A stretch of DNA of 64,000 nt from Auanema rhodensis (Eukaryota > Animalia > Nematoda), in the NCBI GenBank assembly GCA_964057225.1, contig OZ059898.1, forward strand, positions 10,788,001 through 10,852,000, written 5' to 3'. Each line of letters opens with the position of its first letter. Positions within the stretch are counted from its first letter, which is position 1. The translations under genes and the position numbers were made by a program. The notes under the pieces were generated by a model that saw nothing but the letters and a program-made list of their open reading frames with translations, had not been told where the DNA came from and searched no databases. Below, piece after piece: positions 53,328 through 64,000 of the stretch.

Positions 53328-53451
53328 AACTTAAGAATTCCACATTACTTATAATTTAATAATTGACTTAGAATTTTTTAATCACATATACATACATATA
53401 AAAATTATAAATTTAAAAGTGTTATTGAAACATTTTGTAATTATGACTGTG

Positions 53452-55412
53452 TCATAGTATGCCAGCTACTACTTCTTCTGGTATTTCATCAAATGCAACT
53501 CGGAAAAAACCTGAACCTGCGCCGTTTAGATTAATTTGAAATATGAATTATACCGTTCTCTCCCCAATCCCTTCCCCATGTATTGCTGTAAAGCCAATAT
53601 TTCTTGTTGTTCTCTATACCCCAGCCAAGAAGCTTGGCACAATGGCCATAAAGTTGTTCTGATAGTTCATCTACCGAATATATTCCTTAAAATGGTTTGC
53701 ATTTAGTTTTTGATTTAGTTTAATATGATAAATTACCACTGGAGTAATGCTGAAAATCTTCATATAGTGTAAAGCAGGCTAGTACAGGTCCATGTAATAG
53801 TATTTCTTTTTGAATTAGTGAGACATACTTTTCTATAAAATGACTTTTTCCATTTTAAAATTCTTTTCAGAAAGAACGGTTGTTTAGAAAAATGTCTAAC
53901 CTCCGATTAATTCATCTAGAGTAACTTTGACTAATGTGAATTCTGCACTTCCATGGAAAGCTCTTAACCAGTACGCTTGACTGGCTCAAAACAAAAGTTT
54001 TGTTTGAAAAAAAGAGTATAGAAATATACATTTTGTTATATCATCCTCATATTTGGTCCCATAATGTGGTCGACATTCACGATTACACGTCGGAGTTCTT
54101 TCTTTTGAGTATTGACTCGAAGAGCACGGACTTCCACAGTTTGGTTCAATTGAATATGGTCTACATCCTTCATGAGATCCATAAGAACCACCTAAATTAA
54201 TTCAATAATTTCAAATTGAATATATAACTTAAGTGGCTTTTCTATGAGTATTCAATGTATATACCTGAAACTACTCCATGCTCTTTCCAGTATGTGAATG
54301 CTGAAAGAGCCCAGTGTGTTCCTTGACACCTAGGTATAGTTTAATACATTTATTTTTGGAATATTAGAATTAAAATTATATATCTTACCCCCCACAAGTA
54401 TGACAACATGAAGTTAGATCAAGAGCACTAATTTGGACTTGTTTTGTACCATTGCTAGAAATACAAGTCCGATCTGACATAACTGAACTGGCTGCCACAG
54501 ACTAAAAGTAATACTTATGAACGTGTAGTTGTATATACTTTTTAAGATATAAGAAAAAACATGAAAGAAGAGAACAAACCCAACAAGAACCACATCCAGC
54601 CTGATTATAGATTTGATGCACTGACCAACATTGAGGATACTTTAAACGAATATCATATGTGTCCGGAATACTTAAGTTTGTTCTATAATCCGATATTTGA
54701 CTTAGAATACCATATAATTATGAATATTACTGTAATAAATCTTTTAAATGTTGTTTTGTATCTTGAAGTAATTGCTGTGGAGACATTTTGAGCCTTTCTA
54801 AGATTGGTCGGCTTTCAGAATTTTCGGAACTTGACCCGTCATCTATGCTTCTCGAAGCAAATTGATTATATGTTGCCTGAAGTAAGAGTCATTATTTTCT
54901 TACCTTTTTATTTTTTATTTTTAAATTATAAAGCTCTCACGAACCTTCCAGGCTAAATGTTGTGAATTCACTTTATCGACAATTTTCTTATGGTATTTCT
55001 CATCGTCTGTTGAATGTGGATGAACATTAGTACGAAGTTTATTGGTGCTTCTGAAAACAAAAAAAATTTTTCACAAACATAGCATATTGTGAAAAAATGA
55101 CAAAAAGCCTTACATATAAGTTTCAATTGCTACACAACCGATAATGACGACAAGTACAATAATTCCAATAATAATAACCTGGAGAAGGCAATAGAACTTG
55201 AGAAACAAAAAAATTTATACCTGATAGAAAGAAAGAGGATTTCTATTGAACTTTTTTGCCAATTTATTTTTTTTCTTTTCTGCTCGGCTGACAATCGTTA
55301 TACTATCAACAGCTGAAGATTCTTCTTCACCAGGAACATCTGAAGATTTATTAAGATTCAATGATACAAATTGTTGTGTTTGGCCAACCTCGAGGAACCA
55401 GCGCAATCTCAT
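53452..55412 (-). CDS. Papain-family (C1A) cathepsin B-like cysteine protease with N-terminal cytosolic tail and TM anchor
   Basis: MRLRWFL...KKFNRNPLSFYQ|VIIIGIIVLVVIIGCVAI (TM); propeptide VDKVNSQHLAWK|A; IPDTYDIRLKYPQC...NQAGCGSCW (catalytic Cys); YGHCAKLLGWG (His); YWLYSNTWG (Asn); GFFRVAFDEIPEEVVAGIL*. Confidence 0.9.
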
Positions 55413-57385
55413 CCACAATGGGAAGCGTTTCCATTATTAAGATGATAGCTTTTTAGCTTGTCACTTGTCAAATCTTCACATTTGGATAGGTCTTGTTCGT
55501 CGAACAATCATTGATATTTTAAAATGGCCTATATACTATATTAAATGTTAATAAAAATATGAAATAAGAGGATTTATAAGAAAGTTCAAAAACAAAATGA
55601 ATAAAATTGTAATTCTTCTTAAAGAAGGCGGTCTATTGGTTGAAGAATGCATGTTTTCAAAACATGAAGAAAAATAGAAGAAAAATAAAATTCGGACAAT
55701 CTATGCAAATTTACAAAGTTTGATCATTGAAAGGAGTTCCTTTAGATAATTCTTTTTCTTTTCTTCCGCTCCACCTTTGCTAACTTTTTTCATTCCTATT
55801 TCTTACTAGATTTATTCAAGCTTTTATATATTATAGTTTAATTCCAACTAACTCTTTGATTATAAAGCATTTACATTGATAAGTTTCTCTCGTACTCGTA
55901 AAACTTGAACTTTTTTATACTTGTAGGTTTAAGAGTTTAATTCGAGGAAAATTGATCAGATATCGAAATTCTTTGGAAATTAAATTCAAAAATTAAAGTT
56001 TTCATTGAATAAATGGATAAAACGTTCGTTTCGTTTTTGGACATCAGTTTCAGTATGAAGTTTACAATTTGAAGAATAAATAAATTTTATTTTTTCCTGT
56101 CAATCTTATTACCTATGTAAATTCTATTTTGAGACTATAACTTTAAACATATGAAGGGACAACACATAGATCTTAAAAAATGATAAATACTGAGCTATAA
56201 AACAGAAACTCTAATAAAACACCCAAAAATGTGAAAAAGCATGCTGCTTAAGGTTTATCCTGAACTTTTCAAAAAGGGAAATTCACTTTTTTAAAAAAAA
56301 ATTAAATAGATTAATAAGAAATATAAAAGCTTTATATTGTATTAATCACAAAGTTTTTAAAAATTATGTTTTATGCTCAATAGCTACATGTATGTAGCAG
56401 CGAAGGTGGGTTCTAAGTTATAATTATGAATGGTTGTGATTCCAATATCAACAAGTAAAAGTAATTTGCACTCTGGTTAACATGAAATATTAAGAAATTT
56501 GATTAACCAAAGTGAGAAAAATGAAGATGGACAAAGAAAAATATTAAGACAATATAAGGATGGAAGAAAAGGAAATATATGAAAGAATGGAATGAGAATG
56601 ATGCGATCAGAGAGTAGAAAGAGAACGAATATAACTACTTGCCAACGACATATTGCTGAGGGCAGTAGAATATTCCCCGTTTGTTTCATTCTTTTTCAAG
56701 AATAATAGCCAATTTATTTGTATAAAGAATCATAAATAAGTTTATTTATGTATTAAGGCATAATAGTTAAGTGTAAATTCTAAAGAATCAAAAGATTTAT
56801 GGCTCATAAGAAGGCTAATAATCTCCCTCTTCCCCACTCTGGCTGTGTCGTCTACGCATAAGGAACATCATAATACAATTCAAGCTTTTCCGAAATGCCT
56901 TTCTTTTCCAATTTTTTGTTATACTTATAAGTATAGTCTTATTTTTTTTTCGTGAATTTCGCTATCCTCTAAATGTTTGAACGAATGACGAAAACAGAAG
57001 ATTAGTTTTTTTTTTCCGAGTTTTTCTCCGTGAAATACTTAAATAAAATACTGAAAAAGGGAATCTTCATAAATTAACTAATCAGTTTAGCTATTTTAAT
57101 TGAATAACTTAATAATAATTCTCTTTAATGATATAGTTAAAAAAGTTCATACGTCTTTTAAATTTTAAATTTCTTCACTAATTAATAACGTGATTGATCG
57201 TCTACAAATACGAATAATAATTGAAAGAAAAAGACAAAAATTTTAACATCAAGAAAAGAAATTATAAACAATTGCTTGATATATACAACGCTTGCTTACT
57301 CATGTCAAGACATCTAAGAACTATCAGAATATTCGTGTGAATACACGGAAAGAAACGTTTAAGATTGCTTAGTAAATTGGTTATA

Positions 57386-57388
<3 letters not shown>

Positions 57389-57440
<52 letters not shown>
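57389..57440. repeat. (AT)n microsatellite
   Basis: Uninterrupted AT dinucleotide run. Confidence 0.95.
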
Positions 57441-57443
<3 letters not shown>

Positions 57444-58803
57444 TATATATAATGTATGTAACGGTTGAAATAGCGGTTTGGTTTATAGCTAATACAAAGA
57501 ACTAATCAGTAACGAAATATTAGCTTTACCCTCTTTTGTCTAATATATAATTAGGCTATTGTAAATATGAATATTTCGTACAACTTACGAAATATTCTGA
57601 AACCTTCTATGTATTTTGAAGGTCATATTGTCACGAGTATATGTTTATGAAACGTTGTTGCAACTGCAAAAATAACAAAGAAGATTCAAGCAACTTTCAG
57701 CATATAACAGAATAAAACGAAGAGTTTTTTATGTGTGACACAAAAAAAAAGAAAAATATGAACTACACGAGTAAACTGCAGCATGCAATTAAAAAAAAGC
57801 CTAGTATACTTCAACCTTCCTAAAATATTTTCAATAATATAAAACTATTATTCATTGAAATAATTTAAAGCAAACGTGTATGTTATTACTATAAATATAA
57901 TAACTAACATAATGGATAAATGAACATATTATGAAGATATAGGAATAAAAATATATTAATAAAATATTATTGATCAGTTGGTATATAAAATAATAACATT
58001 TAAACTATTTGGTAAAAAGAAGAGAAGAATTAAAGGTAAACTAGATATAAGCCATATTGTGATGAAAAACTTTTGATTGTGAATGTTCGTTTAAGCATTT
58101 CGCAAGAACTTTTCCAAACTTAACCAAAACTTTTATATTTGTTTTTAATTTACATTACATGGATGTGTGATGGTTTGAGAATAAGAAATTTTTAATAAAT
58201 AAATAGTTTTAAAGTTCAAATAGATTATAAACGATTTAGAAAGGTATACTATTATAAAAATAAAAATATTAATTTTTCTTTTATTTTTAAAAATAATTTA
58301 AAATACTATTGAAAGCTATCCATGCTTCAGAGAGGGATATCATTAATGTTGTTCGCTCGATCAGTAGGCTTAAATGAAAGGGTCACGTCAGGCTCCAATC
58401 AAAATGAAACAGCATTAGAGTGAAAATTTTCAAATTAAAATAAATATTTTGAAATTAGAAATAACTATATACTAATAAACAATATAATATGAACGAGAGT
58501 ATGATTAGTTCACTTCAAATAATGTTTAACATTAATTGCAAAAGAAAACAAAAATCAAAATGGTAATGATTTGAATTAACTCTGATTATATTAAATGCAT
58601 CTGATTAATGATATAATTGAACAAGACTGCTATTTAGTTTGAATTCAAATAGTTATTCATTTCTACTTTTTATCAAAAACAAATATGAGAAAGAATTAGT
58701 GAAATCTTTTAACTAAATGGCAGTATTACGGCAGCAGATCCTTCAGGCTAATTCTTCTACGAAATTTGATTAACGAATATGGATAAAAAAAGTGAAAAAA
58801 AAC

Positions 58804-58837
<34 letters not shown>

Positions 58838-60782
58838 ACATCATATATCATATAAATACTGACCGGAAACCTATATACCAATTGAGTGGAATAGGCGGAA
58901 CTGAGGGAGAAGAACAGAATATCAGCATCAAATATTCAATTATACCATAACTTTAAATTTCCTTTTACAGTTTCACTTACTTACTATAAATCTGATTCCT
59001 ATTCGATTATATAATATTATGAAATAGAAAAATCTTCATCTCATAGAAGATGTTCACAACGTATGGATGAATGGAAAAACGATGATGCGAATATATGATT
59101 TGAACATCGCAACAATCTGAAATTCTTCCGGAACATTAACGACAGTTTACATAGATGCCACCGAATGGCCAGATGGTGAGACAAATATTTCTTTTTTTTC
59201 GCTTAAAACTCGTCATAGATTATAGTGCATGCATTTGTATATAGTATATAGTATATAGTTATATATAATATTAAAAATAGTTGATATTTGGTATATTACA
59301 GTACAAAATGCCTATATAAGAAACTTAGATAAGTAAGCACATGTACATACATACATATGTTATATGACTGAGAATAACCAAGAACATGTCAATGTGATAT
59401 AAGAATTTTGAAAGAAAATACTTATGAGCTTTAAAGATATTCATAAGGTTATTTAACTGAAAATTATATTAAATTATTTTGTCGTCGTCTAGCAGTTTGG
59501 AACACAATTCAATGGATATAATGTAATTGTTTGAGAGAGAAAAATCGTTTTCCTAAAAAGGATATTACATTCAATCGTTCTTCTTTCGAAACTGAATTTA
59601 GTATAATGAAGACAGAGAAATTTTTTTTTCTGTTTTAAAAAGAAAACAAATTTAAATAAAAAAAAAAGAGAAATTTGTTTTTTTTTCGTAGATGGTTTAT
59701 TTAATTTGATAACAACACATAATAAAATGATATACAAATAATAATCTGAAAGAAATATAGGAAATAGGAAAGTTTGAAGGAAAATTTGAAGTTTGTTTTT
59801 CCAGTAATTTGCTTGGGGGCCCTTTTCTGAAGTTCATAGACACCAGACACTATTATTTAACTAATATCTATTTGTAAATTGAACTTGAAAGAAAAATCAA
59901 TTTAATTCTAAAATATGTATATTCTCGTTGGAAGGGTCAGATAGATTCTCTTGATGTTTCATTGGGCTTTGTCCTTTTCAAATAACAAAATCCGAATAAC
60001 TAACAGCTTTTATCCGATTAGGAATAGAAATCACAAATTGAAAGCTATATTCTATTTGAAAACGAGACGAAGTTGATGATGATTATGACGCTGGCGAAAA
60101 AAGAAGAAAAAATGTTGTTGAGGCTTTGCAAGTTGTGAAACTTGCTAATTCTTGTTTTTGAAGTATTTATGAATTTGTATTCTATTATGTTAATTATATT
60201 ATTAAATTAATAAATTTGTTATAGGATTATATTTATATATTCGATGACGATAACTTGACCATAACTATAACTCTTTCAGAATACAATGCAAATATTCTTA
60301 TATTTATGCTGACAACAAAGAAAAATACTATCAGTTTGTTTAGTTGTATACGTTATTTCGTTGTTAAGACAAGAAAACGAAGAAGAAAAATTAATATGTT
60401 TGTTTACATAGTATATTTTTAGTATATGCATTATTTAGGAAATGACACTGCACATTATATTTTAGAAAAAAAAAGCTTGAAATAAAATTATTCAACAATC
60501 AACTTTATTAATAAAAACCACAACTTATTTGGTCTTGAAACAGAAAGTTCACTTTTCTTTTGTATGGAAGTATCATCATTTAAAACAATTTTTACATCAT
60601 TATCAAATGACATGATGGGAAGTACACAATTTCGTTTATGATATCAGAAGGTTCTGAGAGAAGAGATTCAGCACGAGATCTACAGCTTAATAAGCCTTTC
60701 TTTGAGATGTAAAATGGCATTTTATACGATCAGCTAGAGTTTTCATCTAATTTTACTGAATGCTTGTTGAAACAGATGCGGC

Positions 60783-61711
60783 TCACAAGTACAATCGATC
60801 AGTCCAATCTTGTTCCTGAAACAATTGTCTTATTCAGTCTAATGAAAGCGATTGCTTGAAATGGCTAGTATATATATATATATATAATACATATAGTTTT
60901 CAAATTATGTTGTTAAAATCAAATAGCTTACATAAAATCCCGGTAGCCATCCTCGTCCTGAAATTAGAAGACCACTTCGTGGAGTTCCAACTGATCTTCC
61001 ACTTCGTTTATCTTCTTGAACCTTGAAACATTAGATATATGTATATGTATGTTAAAATAGTTAATTTACATTTAAATAGCCTACACCACGTTTTCTTAAG
61101 AGAATAGACGATGTGGGCATATCAGAGAAACCAGGCATGTAACCTCGACCAGAGATGAGCAATGAACTCCGTGGAACAGTGGACTGTTTCTGTAAAATAT
61201 AAAAATTTAGTGTTATATTCAATAGTTTTCATAATATTATTCAAAGTTTTATGATTCAAATACAAAAAAAGTAGAATGATTAGAAGCATTTTGTCCAATT
61301 TTTCTTTAAATATATAATGATATAGAATTTGACTGAATTTGATCATATTTGTGTATGAATGTTTTAACAACTAGAAAGATCTTATTTAATTGCAAAAAAA
61401 TTGAGATTAGATATATGTTATAGAATATAAGATATAAGTATTTAATAGGGAAAAGAATAAAAATAAATTATTCAAAAATGAAAATTGGCTTTCACATCAT
61501 AAGGAAATATAATCTGATGTGCTCAAAGTAAATTAAATTTTCTTTTTATTCAAGAACGTTATTCATATAGAAGATATGTATGAATTTTGATTGGTAGAAA
61601 AATTCTTCTCTTTGATGAAACACTTACATTCCTATAACGATAAATGCTGCTGGCTTGAGCTAATGCCATCCAAGCCACTAAAAGACAAAACACGTAAATG
61701 CAACGTGACAT
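60783..61711 (-). CDS. Neuropeptide-like precursor, 103 aa, with signal peptide and two related peptide repeats
   Basis: Four phase-0 exons (61711-61628, 61189-61085, 61021-60932, 60815-60783) encode MSRCIYVFCLLVAWMALAQA-SSIYRYRN|KQSTVPRSSLLISGRGYMPGFSDMPTSSILLRKRG|VQEDKRSGRSVGTPRSGLLISGRGWLPGFY|EQDWTDRLYL*. A TTTCAG acceptor lies 7 nt before the ATG. Confidence 0.8.
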
Positions 61712-64000
61712 GATTTACCTGAAACTTTAATTTTATTATGATGAAAACAATGTTTAATATCTAACAGATATTAATAAGATTAACAGAATTATTTTCACAA
61801 TTAATCCTTCATTAATAAAATTTATAGAAATTGGTGAAAAAAAAGGGAAAAAAATCAGGGATATCGAGAATAGAAATTGAAATGAGAAATTAACATGAGA
61901 AGCCAAATATTTTGCTTATAATAAAATTGGAACTGAAAATAGACAGAGGACAATAGAAATCGGATGTGAAATAAGTTACGACTGTTTAATACTGAAGCCA
62001 AAGATTATGCAGATTGTGACGTTTTCACAAGTTTCTTCCATTAATGCTACAAGTAGTACGATCTGATGTTGCAAAATAAAGTAATTTCACAAATTCGCTG
62101 GCTCAAATATTATTTAGGAAACTAATTATCAATTTAAACATCTTGAGAAATAATAATCATGAGAATTCATTCTTTTTTAATTATAAATTTTATTTAATGA
62201 TATCAGAATTAATAAAAAGGGTTAAAAAAGTTGTTCCTTTGAAATGTTTGGTCAAAACAAAAAGTTGCCGTAAAATGAATTTTTTTTTGAGAAAGTTGTT
62301 CCCAAGTTCATTCGGATATCTATTTTGGTTCATGAAAGCTTAACATTCTGGAATCGCTATGAAGAAGGATGCTATAAAGCTGTCAAATTTATGAGCAACA
62401 TTTTTTGATAGAACAAGAATTTAAATAATTCTTTTTTTTTTGGGAAAAAAATGCGAAATGAATTGAAAAGAGAAGATGATGCTGTGTTGGGGAGAAAGTT
62501 AAACTGTTCATGACAATTTAATAATTTAGTTTAAAGATTGTATAATTTATATAATATATTATCTTCAATATACTTTAAATGAATATATGACGTAGATAAA
62601 AATATCTGTTTTAGACAGCATATTGAATGACTATGAATGAATGAATGAAAGATAAAATTATATATTGTTTTGGTTATTATGGATGTACATATCTTGTAAA
62701 GAAATTATCAAATAAAGTTTTTTGTTTCTTATTTTGTAAATATTGAGTTTGAAATTAGAATCGTCCTCATCTGAATTATGTAGTCAGTTGCCAATGTTCG
62801 GCTTTTCGTGAACTTGCAATATCGTAGGCTGGGTGAATGAATGCTTCACACAAATTTTGTATACGAACGTGTTGGTAAACATCAAACAAAGTAGCTGAGG
62901 GAGACAAAAAAACTAAAATTTGTTGAAAAGTTGTAAAGATGCTCAGAATTTGATGTGGTTCATGTGTGTGTATACAATTAGATATTACGCTAAACAAGGA
63001 CAAGGTAGAATTTAATTTAAATTCTAAAATACGACCACAATACTACGTCTTCAGATGAAAATCTTCATTGACTGAATAGTTTGACGTGGAAGAACAGCTT
63101 TATTAAGATTGTGGATCAGGCAACACACTCCAGATTCTGATTAGCTGAAGAATCTCTGAAGTTGATGAGTAATAAGAGAGCAAGGATTGCAGGAAAGGAA
63201 GGGGGGAGGACAAAATAAGTGAAGGGGGTCTAAAAATGAATATAAACTGCAAAAAACATTGAAAGGTAGAAAGAAGTTTGAAATGTCAAAAGTCAAAATG
63301 TTGACCACAATGTAATTAAGATAAAAGATTCCTTTATTATTTTAATTATGAAAACAAGAGAACTGTTCAAATGAGTATATTAAACGTATAAATGTAAATT
63401 GTCAACTAGAAAAGTATTAGTTTCCCTAGTAAAAGGATATTGTAAGTTGAACAGGCACTTATAAGGTTCAGACATTGAATAGAAAAGTTTAATAACTTGA
63501 AGTAAGTTAAAAACTAAAATAGACATGAACAACAATCACAATTTGACTCGGTGAAAATTATAGGAAAGTATAATTAAAATTCTGAATAGCAGAATCTTTA
63601 TACTAAGTGCTGAAGTAAACATAAATTGGAATAATACGATGTGGGGCTGTAACTATGATGTGAAATTCTTGATTCTGATAAATATATTATTTTAAATAAG
63701 CTAGAATGAACAGCATAGGTGTGGAAAAATGACTGAATGAATATGATGCGAAGGTGAGTGGGATGTAAGGGTGGGGGGGCAGCATTGAACCAGCATGTCT
63801 ATGCTTCAGAACGACGTTATATGATCATGGTGAAGATAATGAAGACATTAGTGAAATCATTTACCGCTATTATGGGAATATTTAGAAAGTAATAGACCAA
63901 CAATACTTGTACATGACATGGAACTGAAAGATATCCTTTTATAGTCTCAGGCTTCTAAACACACCCACCATAAAGATTTCCCCGCCCATGAAAAAATGCA

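Noticed and set aside
59047-59177. Exon-like + strand segment with a single in-frame TGA (possible selenocysteine or pseudo-exon), plus exon-like minus-strand pieces near 58864-58950
   Set aside because: No compatible flanking exons, recognisable domain or SECIS element were found; most likely chance.
62776-63160. Minus-strand ORF and acceptor-like sites upstream of the neuropeptide gene
   Set aside because: All frames close quickly and no in-phase donor links them to a gene; possibly outron or regulatory DNA.
1-64000. CRISPR arrays, rRNA or tRNA genes, transposase or reverse transcriptase ORFs, telomeric TTAGGC arrays
   Set aside because: None seen on manual reading; tRNAscan-SE, Infernal and RepeatModeler would be needed to exclude small or degenerate elements.

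Overview
This is AT-rich eukaryotic DNA from a rhabditid-type nematode, with TTTCAG splice acceptors, mostly ~40-50-nt introns and trans-splice-like acceptors just upstream of start codons. I assembled about 12 intron-rich protein-coding genes by hand. In order: GATA factor elt-3 (+, two alternative first exons); TRAPP subunit trpp-1/BET5 (-); miRNA Argonaute alg-1 (+); syntaxin syx-2 (+); a small TM-KH-KH protein resembling a Tudor-less TDRKH (+); Na/K-ATPase beta subunit, nkb-3-like (-), with a ~8-kb upstream non-coding region; GRIP golgin gcc-2 (-) directly downstream of class IIa HDAC hda-4 (-), a probable SL2 operon; a complete COP1/RFWD2 RING-coil-WD40 E3 ligase (+), head-to-head with hda-4; a THADA/Trm732-like HEAT protein (+); a small 4-Cys secreted-type protein (+); a type II membrane-anchored cathepsin B-like protease (-); and a 103-aa neuropeptide-like precursor with a duplicated PRSxLLISGRGxxPGF motif (-) that the ORF track misses. 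The most notable observations are: (1) an intact COP1 in a relative of C. elegans, which is reported to lack the gene; (2) a duplicated stem-loop plus TTTAG|GTAAT module and a GC-rich fold in the alg-1 3'UTR; (3) the neuropeptide precursor; (4) the Tudor-truncated TDRKH-like gene. I recognised no tRNA, rRNA, CRISPR array or transposon. Orthology calls come from recalled family sequences, not from database searches.
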